Below are positions 1 through 12,719 of a stretch of DNA of 64,000 bases, piece by piece. The stretch lies in the NCBI RefSeq assembly GCF_026210795.1, contig NC_089434.1, positions 2,976,001 to 3,040,000 on the forward strand, in the 5' to 3' direction. Within the stretch, counting starts at the first letter, position 1; every line of letters starts with the position of its first letter. The stretch comes from Rhizophagus irregularis (lineage: Eukaryota). The notes under the pieces were generated by a model, which was given only the letters and a program-made list of their open reading frames with translations, searched no databases and had not been told where the DNA came from. Position numbers and translations under genes: made by a program.

Positions 1-2510
1 TGGGCATATTGCAGCATTTCCCTGATAGCTTTTTTGGAAGCCGTTCCAAGCATAACAAGTCCCATTGTCAAACCAGCAGCTTCTCCCGCAACAGCGCTAT
101 CGCTGAAAAGAACATCCTTGAGTTCCTCATATATTTCTTATGATTTATGACATAATGGTATCAGAACTAGTTTTTTATATTTGTATATTTTAAGAAATTA
201 ATAAAGCAACCAAATACCATCATTGCCCGTTGCCATTCCTGCAGTTGCAAGCCCCAAACATGCACCATGCTGAAGGACTTCGGTTTGAGTATTTTTTAAA
301 GCATTTCTCAAATAATCAAGTACACCAGCACCGTGATTTGCATGAATAAGTCCCAAAGCAAATAAAGAACCGCCTTCTGAATAAGAACTTCCACTCACTC
401 CATCTTGAGGCAAATAAGGTTGTAGCAAGGAAAGACCTTGAGAAAGATGCCCCTATAATAATTATGTAAAATATTTTATAATGGCTTCCTAAGTTATTCA
501 TAATAGTCCAAAACTCACTTTGTGTATTACACCCAAAGCTGCTGTTGCACTAAATTTAGACCAATTAGTAGCACGTGAGAGCCATTCCAAATTCTGACGA
601 AGAAATTCGTCACTTGTTGTTCCAGCATGCATAAACGCATTTGCAAATGTAACGGCCGAATGGTATACTGAGTTCCGGGACTCTAATGCATTCTATTACA
701 TAAAATTATCAATTATTTTTCAATGGTAATTTACAAGAAAAATAAATACAAAATAATGAATAAATACTTTTGTATTTTTAAGTATAAGTAAATCTGTATG
801 ATTATTTCGATATAAAAATTCCAAGTGTAATTTGATTGACTCTTCCCCTGAAAGTATACGTTGAATTTTCGCATATTTTTCATCAGTCGGACTCGTGGAC
901 TAATAAATAAGACTTAAATTTAGTATGCAATATATATTGATAAAGTATAGGTCACTGTAACATAATTACATATTCCTGGTCATCAGTCTCCATCGCTTCA
1001 CTATCCGATTTTTCATGAGTACTAGTTATTGTACTAGTTACTGGTAACTCCGAACCAACCTTTTGGAGAAATTCTTGGGTAGCGTTATCTTCGAGGTCGA
1101 AAGCAATCTGATATGCCATTAACAAATAAAACTATACAATATAACAAAAATGTTAAGTAAGTTGAATTAACTATTATATTAAATAAATTTAATGATATCA
1201 TACCTCATCTCCTTTTGAAACGAGATCTTTTAACAATCTAGCTGCTTCAATAGGTTTATTTAAGTGAACATAACATTGGCTGATAGAAACATAATCGGGC
1301 TCCGCGAGATTTTGATATAATTTTGCCAGCAGAAGTAAAACCTTAACCAAAAAATTTTTTGCTTATAGTTAACAATTATGAAATGGAAATCTGAGAGATT
1401 TTACTATTAATAAACGATACCTCATTTCTAAAATCTAAATTTAATACTAATGTCATGCTAACTTCTAATACGTAAGCCAAGAGATCCGAAGCCTGACCTT
1501 TAGATATTGCTTGTTCAATAATATCCAAACGACGAGCTTCCAGAGCAATTCCAATTGCCTATAATAGATTATAACACGGATCAAAAAAGTTAAAACTAAG
1601 GCGAAATAATTAAAATAATTAGTAAAAAAACATTTTAAAATAAATACTTGTTTAAATTCACCGTCGTCATAACACCTCTGAAACATACGCTCAACTACGT
1701 CTTGTAAGCGCGGATCAATTTGAATATTACTAGCAGGATCATCTTCATATTGTTTTACACGCAAGGAAATATATTTATCTATACATTTTGCTAAAGTAAA
1801 TAAATTTAATTAATTTTTTTTATTGCAATTTATTTCATAAAATGTCAAGAATCTAAAAATATTAGAATTACATATAATGGTTTCAACGTATTCTGATTTA
1901 GACGACGCGTCAAACATGTCCTCTGCTCCCAATGCAAATGTCAATGAATCATCAAACTCCCCAAGGTGATAATAAACCTATTAGCGAACAATAATATATA
2001 ATTTTATTAATTTTGATAATTTTGAGTTTTATATTTTAAATAAATTAACACGAAAACTTCACCATAATTCACTGACCTTAGATGCCACAAGAGCAGATAA
2101 TTTTCTTTGAGGGAAAAATTCATCTTCGTAAAGAATTTCACTATTTAAAAGAGTAATTAAATTTTTCTCTTGTAAATAAATATACGAGCCTCAAATCAAA
2201 ATAAACTGATCAGCTAACAATAATAAACAGTAGAAAGGTACAATATCACGTGAAGCATTCAAAGTTTGAAACCTTAAACAATATTCATTTCAGTTGATAC
2301 ATACATTTTAGAGACTGCGTCCGAAATTTCGGCCCAGAATTGATCAACAAGTGTATTTAACTTCTCAAGCGCATATATTTTAAGTTCTTCTTCCGACTCG
2401 TCAAGCAAAGCAATTATTCCACCTTTTATTTGGGACCGAATAATTAATAAGAGTAAAATAATGTTACAAAATTGAAAACACGTTATACCTGCAGAAGTTA
2501 AACCAACCAT
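1..2510 (-). CDS. RPN2: 26S proteasome regulatory subunit Rpn2/PSMD1, multi-exon, 3' part outside window
   Basis: Spliced exons read [42 protein letters not shown]..., ...[17 protein letters not shown]..., and PC-repeat [22 protein letters not shown] introns. Confidence 0.96.
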
Positions 2511-2769
2511 CACGATCAAGACAACTTGCGAAAATATTATAAATGGAGTCTATTCAAATATCAGAACAAAAAAAAAAATTGAACGTTACACAACGTTTGT
2601 ATGTACACGTAACGAAAACGCGTAATCAATCTAAGATAAACAGTGTAACTAGTGATTTAAATGACAAATTTTTGCCCAGCATTATAATTCTGGCCTACAT
2701 TATTATTATGATGTCAACCAATCAAAATAAACGACTGAAGAAGTGAGAGTTAATTCTATTAATTTGTTA

Positions 2770-3050
2770 AAGTCATATGATTCCGGTAATGGGGTGATAA
2801 AGGATGTAGATTCTGGGTTCAAATAGAGTACCATCAAATTAGGTCATAGTAAAAAAAAGTATACAATTTTTAAGTAAAATTTAAGGTTATATGTAAATTT
2901 ACTAGTAAAAGCATATATTTTTAGGACTTTAAATATTACAATATAAAAGTACATTGTTTTTTTGGAAAAATTCATATTTTTTATCACAATGTAGTAAATT
3001 TATTTATCCATTAAAATTTAAAACATGTATACAAGTCATATGTGTTTAAT
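2770..3050. mobile_element. Decayed fragment of the same repeat family as the TIR element at 52564-53690
   Basis: 2821-2935 (aaatagagtaccatcaaattaggtcatagtaaaa...aaggttatatgtaaattt) and ~2970-3000 align with the reverse complement of ~53340-53580. Confidence 0.7.
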
Positions 3051-3575
3051 TTTTTTTTTTTCTTCTAGTATCTCTACTGAAGACCAATAGTCCAGTACTA
3101 ACACTATATATATATATTGTAGAAAAAAAGAAAAGATCTATAATTTTTTTTAATTTAGTTATAGATAAATTACTGCTACAAAGTCAATTGATAAAATAAT
3201 TTTTTTTTGACTTATTTGCTATAGTATCAAGTCACGTGATAAAACGTTATAATTTTATAATGAAGAATCTGAAGACTTTAATTGGTTGGTGAGAGTATTT
3301 TGGCGAATTCTATTGGCTTTACATCACGTGATTAGTTATATCAAAATTCGCAAATTATGCAAGCCACGTGAGTTAAAAATCTTTTTTTTTCGTCCTGAAA
3401 TTTAATTGGCTTATCAAACACCGCTATAAAAACTCGATCCTTTGAAAATTTTGATCCTCCTCTTTCTCATATCTATTCACCTTTAAAAATAAAAGGTACG
3501 TAACGCGAAAGAACGTAAAAGCTTTTCATTTATAATTTTAATTTTATAATGACAAACATTATATCTTTGGAATAG

Positions 3576-4180
3576 ATGGCTGGCGGCGCAACTGTAAAAG
3601 ATGTCAATCCCCATGACTTTGTTAAAGCCTACGCTGCATATTTAAAGCGTGCAGGTAAATTAGAAGTGCCAAAATGGGTTGACATTGTAAAAACTGGTCC
3701 ATATAAAGAATTGGCTCCATATGATCCGGATTGGTTTTATATTAGGGCCGGTATGTATCTTTTATCAAATAGTGATATTGTTTTAATTTTAATTGATCTG
3801 GTTCGATCTAAATTTTGGTGAATTCCAATGGCGATTTTAGCTGCTGTTGCACGGCACATTTATCTTCGTAATGGGGTTGGAATTGGTGCGTTAAAAAAAC
3901 TTCATGGAGGTCGTAAAAGAAGAGGAACTCGTCCTTCTCACCATGCCAAATCATCAGGATCTGTTGCTCGTAAAGTCCTCCAAGCTTTAGAAAAAATCAA
4001 TGTCTTAGAGAAAGATCCTAAAGGGTAGATATTATTTGATAATTTCAATTATTTATTTAGGAATAAAAAAAAACTAAATCTTTGAATAATTTTAGTGGAC
4101 GTAGGATCACTCAAAATGGGCAACAAGATCTTGATCGTATCGCTCAAGCATGTCTTTCGGTGACGACGGGAGAATCATAA
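3576..4180 (+). CDS. RPS19: 40S ribosomal protein eS19; exons 3576-3750, 3841-4024, 4096-4180, plus a 5'UTR intron 3496-3575
   Basis: [25 protein letters not shown]...[25 protein letters not shown]...[16 protein letters not shown]. Confidence 0.98.
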
Positions 4181-4796
4181 AAAAATATTTTAATTATTCT
4201 AATTTATATGTAGATCAAAAACTTTTATTTCAATATGAGCGAGTCAAAAAGCATAAGAATTAATGACTTTACATTTTGTTGTTTCAAGCGGCGAGTTAGA
4301 TGACAATTATCATGAAATAAATACAATTTTCAACCAAAATTGAATTTAATCTTCGCATTCTAGCTTTATAACACTATTATTGCAAATTCCAAAAATTATT
4401 TAAAAAGCTAAAAAAAACCCATAAAGGTATCTGACGCTAATTTCCTAAAATATTTTTGTCATAAAAAATCCTGGCTTGCTCGACTGTCGGACTAGTATTA
4501 CAGTTTGACAAAAAATCATGGCTCGGCTTGTTTATATTTCCTCGTCAATTCGTCGAATTGCTAATAATTATATACATTTTTATAGGTCACAATTAACGCA
4601 ATTTCAACATTGTGGAATGAAAAAGAGAAAGTTCTAGACAGAGATACTGCGCTATTACAAGTCACGTGAATGAGATGCAAATAAAGACACGTGTGGTTTG
4701 CGCTTCGCATCATTCCTACCATTTCGTTGACTACTCTCATATTTGATCTCATTTTATAACCTGGCGTTGTAGAAAAAGTTAATATTCCATTTCATA

Positions 4797-7700
4797 ATGC
4801 CACCAAGAAGAGGAAGACCTCCAACTCGTAGAGAAAACTCTGCTCGTAGAAATAATGATAATAGCCAACCTTCTACTGAGTCTACTACACAAAATGACGA
4901 ACAAAATGTTCGCGGCAGACCTAGGGGTAGACCTAGAGGTGGCCGTTCACGAGGACGCTTTCGAGGAGGAGTACGTTCACGAGACAATTCACAGGGTCCA
5001 ATACATATAAGTTTACCTTCTCAAGGCGAAACTTCCGTTCAACCAGATAACTCATCAAGGGACGAAATCAGCTCAAATGGATCAACAAATCCTCAAGAAC
5101 ATAGGCGTTCTAGAGGTCGTCCACGTGGAAGGATCAATCACCCAATACACAGCTCGACGCCGCAAACAGCCACACCTGAGATATCACAACCGGAAATTAA
5201 CTTATCGAGAGATGAAATTAGCTCAAATGATGACGTTACACTTCTTCAAGAAGTAATTCCACCTCATGGTATTCGCCGACCTAGAGCTCGTCCACGTGAG
5301 AGCAGGACTTCGCAGGCAAGTGATATCTCTCAATCAGATGTAAGGGACGAAGTTAGCTCAAATGATGATGTTACACTACGTCCGAGAACATCACGGAGAA
5401 TTATTTCACAGGTCCATGTAAGTCAAGAAGTTATTGATCCTGATGCTAGGGAAGATGAATTGCGTGGCGATCCTTCGAACACCCGTGATGATTTACATGA
5501 AGCTGCTGTTATTACGTCTCCTGATGATTTGCGTGAAGAAGTTGTTGCTGCTATTACGAATATTACTGATGATTCACGTGAAAATGTGTCTTTAGAGAAT
5601 AACGATGATGAATCTGAAGATGGGGGGGATACTGAGGCACATATAATAGAAAATGAACAAGATCGATGGAGAAAATTTGAGATTGGCATGAAATCGAATA
5701 GGAATCATGGAACCGTTACGAGTTCAGTCCCACCTAATATTAATTCTGTGGATTCTACACGTCAACAAAGACTTTCAGCTTTTCTTAAAGCTGCACCAAG
5801 GACTAAATCTTCTAAATGTTACGAGGAACTTAACAATTCATTAAAAAAAGTTGCGGAACTGTTAGATAGAAATGAAGTCAAGAGTGCTTTTAGTTGCCTC
5901 CGACAAATATCTGGATCTCATGAATTTATCGTATTTCAAAGATTTGATAAATACAAAATTTGGGATAAGCTATGTGAAAAATATGGCGCAAATGAAGAAA
6001 TTATCGATGAATTTCTAATCGATGATGGAAAACCATCGTCTCTCTTTTTACTATTAATTAATGGATTGAGGGCAAAATTAGATGATATCCTAACAACTCC
6101 ACATTTGGTAGACTCCAACTGTGCGAAAATTTATTTCCGAGATGTTTTAAATAAAAAAATTAAAATAAAATTCGTCTCGAATAGCGAGAGAGAACCTTAT
6201 TTAAAGAAAGCATGGCCTTATCGGAGGTTTAAAAATATAAATGAAAGGTTAACTCGCAGAATAGCGAACAATGAAAGTGGAGGAAGTTTGGATTCGAATC
6301 GGTTCGATTCTGATTCTAGTACGTCGGCTGATGATCATGATGATTTTTCGGAGGGTGATGATGTTGAAGAAACGAGTGATTTAAGCTACGTGACGGAATT
6401 TTCTGAACCTGATGAGGATGAGTCGGACCAAGATGATGATGAAGAAAATATATCGGACGAAAATCCTCTTGATTCAAACAATCAAGAAGGAATTAGTAGT
6501 AATAATAATGAAGAAAATGCCACTAACCAAGATCAAGATGTTGTCAATCAAGATGTTGTCAATCAAGATGTTGTCAATCAAGATGTTGTCAATCAAGATG
6601 CTGTTAATCAAGATGCTGTTAATCAAGACGTTATTGAAAATGTCGTTAATCAAGATAACCAAGATATAATTCCTGATGGAGATCCTCTTGATCCAAGTCA
6701 ATGGGAGGAAGAAACTAATAATGATGAAAGCGGTTTAGAACCAAATATCGCGTCTGATGATGATTTTTCCGATTCAAGTGGATCTGAACACTACATTTTT
6801 TGGTTTATGAAAAACGGTATCAAGAAGAAGATATCACCGGATTCAACCGTTTATACGATTATCCATAGTTATTTAACAAGGAAAGAGATATGCACATTAA
6901 AAACTGATGAAATATTCGAAAAAGAATATGTTATTTACTTCGAAAGGGCGGAGGACAATACATATGAAAATGATAGTGATTTTCCAGAAAATTTTGAATT
7001 TAATGACCAAACACGCCTTATTCTAGATGTTATGAAAAATCTATATAATACATATAACAGAAACGTTATTGATAACTATGATCCTGATATATTTCGAAGC
7101 TCTCAAATAATTCAAAAATTGAGACCGTTCGAGAAGAAATTAATAAGTCGCATTACTGGATATTATCCAAAAGTGATCGTTACGCTTTTGAACCATTATG
7201 GATTCTTATTTGATGGTTTTTGTCGTCACAAATATTTTATTAGAAACCTATTTGGACTCAGGAAAGTACCAAGGGGCTTGACTCCAAATCTAATTGACAC
7301 GATTAGAAATAAAAAACTATTACCGAAAATTAAAAAAAAAGAGAATGTTCAAAAGGAAAATTTAGCTAATTGGACACGAGAAAAATTCCATAGATATGCT
7401 GATGCAAAAACAACATTTGGAATTACTTTTGCAGGAGAAATGGGAATAGGTGCGGGGGTTACTCGCGACTTTTTCACACAAATGTCCCAGTATTTTCAAA
7501 TTGTCGGATCAAATATGTGGACTGATTTGGAAACCTCCCCTAACCCTGAAGATTATGTAACTAATGAATACGGCCTATATCCTACATTGTTTGATGAAAA
7601 ATATGCTATTTCTGATGAAGGAACTCGCGTGCTTAAGGATTTCCAAATCCTTGGAATGCTAACTGCCAAATCGTTAGCTGACAAACAAATAATGGAAGTT

Positions 7701-8504
7701 CCACTAAACAAAATGTTCTTAAAGAGATTTATTTTTGGAGAACACCCATCCGTAGAGCTTTCTAACTACGATTTTACAAAAGTTGATGATCAAAGTCGCA
7801 AGGACATGAAAATTAAAAAATTGCTTGGTTTAATCAATCAAATTAATCCGACAATTACAAAAATAGCGAATCATCTTCGAGATATTCAGAATAATTTTTC
7901 TGATTGTTTGGAAAGTTTTTATATTCCGGCTGGTCGTAGTTGGCACCAAAATAATCTGGTGTCTATTGATCTTCCAGAAACAGAGACACAAAATATTTTT
8001 TATTTGTATTTAAATAAAATTAAAGAAGTTGTATTTGAAACCGGAATCCATGAACAGATAAGTAAATTTAGAGAAGGTTTCAATCATGTCTTTCCCCTTG
8101 ATCATTTAAAAAATTTCTATACTGTAGAGGAAATACATAAGGTGGTCTTTCATAATAAAAAAGAGGATTGGTCAGCCGATGTCATTCGTCGTGCTTTTTT
8201 CGTTAATAATGAAAGTATTAGAATCGAAGTTGATAAGATTTCCCAAATTTTATCAAAATTTAACATTGACGAACAACGGAAGATGCTCCGCTTTTTTACT
8301 GGATCGACAAGACTTCCTATTGGGGGATGGACCAAATTAAAACCTGAACTGGCTGTAATTGAGGACCTCGGAGCCTACCCGATTGGTAGGACATGCTTTA
8401 ACAAGCTATCTATTCCTCGAAATAACAGTCTTCAGGAGCTAGAGGAAAAGTTGAAATTAGTGATCAGCAATAGTGAAATAGCAGAACGAATCGACAGAGA
8501 GTAA
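4797..8504 (+). CDS. Intronless divergent HECT E3 ubiquitin ligase (Ufd4/TRIP12-like C-terminus) with N-terminal AT-hook-like RGRP motifs and acidic tracts
   Basis: 1235-aa ORF; HECT motifs GEMGIGAGVTRDFF, GLYP, FREGFNHVFP, FFTGSTRLPIGG, catalytic TCFNKL (Cys codon 8394-8396); RRGRPP/RGRPRGRP at the N-terminus. Confidence 0.88.
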   Translation: MPPRRGRPPTRRENSARRNNDNSQPSTESTTQNDEQNVRGRPRGRPRGGRSRGRFRGGVRSRDNSQGPIHISLPSQGETSVQPDNSSRDEISSNGSTNPQEHRRSRGRPRGRINHPIHSSTPQTATPEISQPEINLSRDEISSNDDVTLLQEVIPPHGIRRPRARPRESRTSQASDISQSDVRDEVSSNDDVTLRPRTSRRIISQVHVSQEVIDPDAREDELRGDPSNTRDDLHEAAVITSPDDLREEVVAAITNITDDSRENVSLENNDDESEDGGDTEAHIIENEQDRWRKFEIGMKSNRNHGTVTSSVPPNINSVDSTRQQRLSAFLKAAPRTKSSKCYEELNNSLKKVAELLDRNEVKSAFSCLRQISGSHEFIVFQRFDKYKIWDKLCEKYGANEEIIDEFLIDDGKPSSLFLLLINGLRAKLDDILTTPHLVDSNCAKIYFRDVLNKKIKIKFVSNSEREPYLKKAWPYRRFKNINERLTRRIANNESGGSLDSNRFDSDSSTSADDHDDFSEGDDVEETSDLSYVTEFSEPDEDESDQDDDEENISDENPLDSNNQEGISSNNNEENATNQDQDVVNQDVVNQDVVNQDVVNQDAVNQDAVNQDVIENVVNQDNQDIIPDGDPLDPSQWEEETNNDESGLEPNIASDDDFSDSSGSEHYIFWFMKNGIKKKISPDSTVYTIIHSYLTRKEICTLKTDEIFEKEYVIYFERAEDNTYENDSDFPENFEFNDQTRLILDVMKNLYNTYNRNVIDNYDPDIFRSSQIIQKLRPFEKKLISRITGYYPKVIVTLLNHYGFLFDGFCRHKYFIRNLFGLRKVPRGLTPNLIDTIRNKKLLPKIKKKENVQKENLANWTREKFHRYADAKTTFGITFAGEMGIGAGVTRDFFTQMSQYFQIVGSNMWTDLETSPNPEDYVTNEYGLYPTLFDEKYAISDEGTRVLKDFQILGMLTAKSLADKQIMEVPLNKMFLKRFIFGEHPSVELSNYDFTKVDDQSRKDMKIKKLLGLINQINPTITKIANHLRDIQNNFSDCLESFYIPAGRSWHQNNLVSIDLPETETQNIFYLYLNKIKEVVFETGIHEQISKFREGFNHVFPLDHLKNFYTVEEIHKVVFHNKKEDWSADVIRRAFFVNNESIRIEVDKISQILSKFNIDEQRKMLRFFTGSTRLPIGGWTKLKPELAVIEDLGAYPIGRTCFNKLSIPRNNSLQELEEKLKLVISNSEIAERIDRE
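6534..6638 (+). repeat. Coding 15-nt minisatellite (caagatgttgtcaat) encoding NQDVV/NQDAV repeats
   Basis: About 7 tandem units visible inside the HECT ORF. Confidence 0.95.
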
Positions 8505-8716
8505 GTTTGCATTTACATTTATCAAGGAAAAATATTTTAAGTAATATATTTGTATAATATATTTTTAAATTTGCATTCATCAAATAAACTGATTTCAAAT
8601 TATTATATCTGAAAATAAAAATTGTAATAATTCAATAATAAATCAAATTATATTTTATTTTGTAATTTGTTTTAAAACATATACAAATAAATTAAAAAGT
8701 ACAAAAATCTATTATT

Positions 8717-11700
8717 CTATTTTGAACTCAATTGTGCAATATAAGCATCTAATTCTTGTGCAATTATTTGGTCCGTACATTTACTTTGAATTTCTCTGAA
8801 ATAAATAAATGAATGAACGTCATGTAAAAGAATTAGAGATTTCACTCGAAAAAAAAAATTACAAACCTCAATAACTGAATATCTTTTAATGCGAGTGCTT
8901 CCTGTCCTGCCGCTTTGAAATCGCCTATTTTAATAAATAAACCTGGTCTTACAGCAGGGTCGCATTTTGTAATGTATTTTATAGCTTCTTTATGTTGTAT
9001 AGCTTTAATACATTCTTCCACAAATGGCTAAAAAAAAGATAAAAATTGATAATTTAAATAAACATTATATTTAAATAATTTCAATAGTGATTTTACCTCA
9101 TATCCGATTGGAGATTTTTTCGATTTTGAAAGACGTTCTAATTCAGGCCAATCTCTCATTTCCACCAAAGCTTTTAATTTAATCCACCAAAACCTATGTT
9201 ATCATTCAAAAGTTAAATATGTCACTTTTTTAATAGATAGATTTTAATAAATTTACCTTTTATCAGGAATTTTGAAATCTGACTTTAGTTTATTTGCTTT
9301 ATTGGGATTATTAGTAGTGATACACTTATGTACTGTTTCATTCAAAGGTAATCCTACCAATTGTTGGTTCATTTCCTTTTCAAATTGAGCTTGAACTTGC
9401 AGTAATCTGATGTTTTCGTCAACTGCCTATAAAATGAATGAATATTTAAACTAATCAAGACAAAAATTCAATTATTTATAATTATATTAATTATACCTTT
9501 GCCTCAAAAGCATGCTCTTTATCGTCTTGGTACGATTTTAATGCTATCTTCAACTTGTTAGTTCTTTCATTCAAATCCTTTTGCAAAAAATAAGATATTA
9601 CCAAATTATAAATATCACTTGGAACGATACTCTTAAATTATACATACCTTTTGCTTATAACTTTCTAAAATTGTGATATTCGCACTTTCAACGCATCTAT
9701 CATCTTGATAGTAAAAATCCGCCAAAAGTTTCAAATCTTGTTGTTTACAATATACCTCAAATAAATTACAAGCCATAGGCTTGTTGTTAATTATTCGGAA
9801 AAATTCAGGAAGCGGAAGTTTCCTTTTAAGATGAAGCATTACCAAATATACTGTATAAAAGTTAATAAATAAATTGCGTAAACAAGAATAAAATTTATTC
9901 ATTTATTTTTTTTAATTACCTAAATCTGTATCCCCACTTTCAATTGCCTTAATTAAAGCCAATTCATCTTCCTGCATACTCATGAGCAAAGGTACTTGAT
10001 CAGCTGCACGCGGTTCATAATCAAGCAACTATAAGCAAATCATATTTAATTAGAAATATGTATATAGGGATAGGGATAAAGCATAAAAGATCAAATACTA
10101 ACTCTTGTTGCTAATTTTGGCTGACCAACTTTATAAGCAGTATTGGCAATTTCTGCATAAGACAGACCTGGCTTGTTGATCAACTTTTCCACAATCATAT
10201 GACAAATAGTTTCTTCATCATCAGTCGATTTTTTGATCTATAACAATAAAATTACAGTATAATAGATTGAAAGCAAATAAAAATTTCTCAATTTAAATTT
10301 ATTTAAAGAAATAGTAAATTACATAAATTATTCACCTTTGCACAGGCCCAATGAATTAATACTCTGTCTGTTCTCATCTTCAAAAATTCACATATCCGTA
10401 GTGCTAATAAATGATGATGACGATTTATCAATCGATCAATTAATACATCGGGCGTGAGGCGTGTATATCTGAATGGATGAATGTAAAGTTATTTAGTTAA
10501 ATACTTTTTTTAAAAAAAAAAATTGATCACTTACTGTGTGTAAGTTATCGGTATTCCAATTTCATAATATCGTACAGCATTTAATACTCTTAAAGTTTGG
10601 CACATATCCACAAAATTATCGGCGTTGTACGATTCCAAAAACGCTTTACCAAATGCTGCAGCTTTAAGTAAATTACGTTGCCAATATTGGCTGAATTCAT
10701 GTCCAGCTGCTTCCGTACAAGCGTCAACTGCCTCTGCAAGTTCTGCTCGAATACTCCGTATATTTTCATCTGCTTTTGGACTTCGTCTCTGAAAGTGACC
10801 AAAGTAATATAAACACATTTGAATTCGATATCGAATTATATCTAACTTAACTTACTTCAAAATGATCTAATGCATCGAATAACATGGCTGCTGGTGCAGT
10901 CGAACCGATTTTGAAAATTTCTTCAGTAACATCTATACATAAAGTAATTATAAGTAATTATTAATCATAAAAAAATTCAATTTTTTATGTAAAATTAACT
11001 TACTTGGAACTTTTTGCAAGAATTCACATTTGTCACTACTTATGACACGCACACCATCTATTTCAGGAATAAGATAAATAGCATCATCATATGAATACTT
11101 TATATAATCGCCAAATGGACCAACCATTAACACAATCTTATCCCAGTACAATACGACAGAATCAGTACCGCACCTAAAAAAAATTTATTAATAAATTTTT
11201 TAGCTATTTACAATATGACTATAGCGATTAACAAAAATATTACCAGATTAATTGTTGAGGAGGAACTTGGGATTTAGTGGCGAATTCCGAAAGGTTCTTT
11301 TGAAAATCAGTGGAAACTACCCAAAGTTTACCGTCAGAGGTAAAAAGTGCTAAAAATTTGCCATTTGGTGACACGGCCATTTTAGTAAAAGGACCTTGTT
11401 GAAGCAACTGCATCATGAAGTAAATTATTTAATGATTAATAAGCCTGTATATTTTGGGATATAGATTTCTTTAAAAAAAAAATTTACTTGGTCTTGAGAT
11501 TCTTTAGTGTCAACAGTTAGAATTGTAGAGCCGGTTGCTAATAATACCTCTACATGACGGCTAAGTGTATATTGTGGTGGAATCACCGTCCAACTATGTG
11601 GTGGTTCATTTAAACCTAATAAATTTAATTATATAAATAAATAGAATTTTTATTAAGTTAAAAAAAAAAAATTTATGAAATTCCAAAACACCTGGATCTG

Positions 11701-12512
11701 CCATAAGATGAGGTCTAGGTTCTTCAAAATTGGTAAGAACTATTAATTTAAAATTTCCTGTTAAAGCCACCAACCCAGTTCCCCATATCTGACAATCAAT
11801 AACTGAATATTCTTTTGCTTCCTATTAAAAATATTCAATGGATAATATATAAATATATCATTCTAACGTCGTATATATTGTAATAGTGAACTCATTACTA
11901 CTTACTTTAACAAGAGAAAGCTGAGTATATTCTCCATTAATATCGTATAGCCTAATTGTACCATCTTCTAAGACTACAACCAATTTTTCAGATTCAGACC
12001 AACCCATTGCTACAATTCGACCTTTATCCCACTAAAAAAGGGAACATTATTTACTAAATTTAAATAGTTAATAGACAGAAAATTAAATAAGATTACTTGT
12101 AATTGTTCCATCAATTTTCCTGCAGAAGTATAAAGATAAATAGTAGGCTTTACTGGCTGTTGTTTTTGTAACAAAATTACTTTTTTATCGTCACGGATCA
12201 TTGCTTAATACAATATTAAAAAGGTAAACTTTAGTCAAAAGATTTATAGAGTTTTACAGTAAAAAAAATATAATAATAAAAATAAATTATATCTACCAAT
12301 TGGTCCACCATATGGAGCTCCCGCAATCATAAATTTCGAAAGGTCCAATTGCTTCCAAAGCATCGCATAGATTTCTTGTTTCCTACAAAATAATTAATAA
12401 AAATGAAATATTAACCAGCCTACTTGATAAACACCGAAAGTCATAACAATAATTCTCACCGATAGAAACGATCTTGTAATTGATTCCAATCAGTTGTTGG
12501 GTGAGGTGCCAT
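8717..12512 (-). CDS. VPS16: HOPS/CORVET subunit Vps16, many exons
   Basis: [58 protein letters not shown]...[20 protein letters not shown]. Confidence 0.96.
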
Positions 12513-12719
12513 TTTAAGGAATGATGCTATCAATTAAAAAGTAACAGACTCTTATACAAAATGTCATAAATGATCAATCCACAGAAAAATCTTGATAAAA
12601 ATTAAATTGTCACGCTACGTCACACATCATCTAACATCACAAGACTATTGAAACTATTACAGATAAAGGAAAATCTTATTTAAGAATTTTACGCGTTATA
12701 TTCCGCAGTATCTTTAAGT

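Noticed and set aside
6412..6701. IKMLS and ILIDN repeat ORFs; CRISPR-like appearance
   Set aside because: Alternative frames of the 15-nt coding minisatellite; no spacers, eukaryotic context
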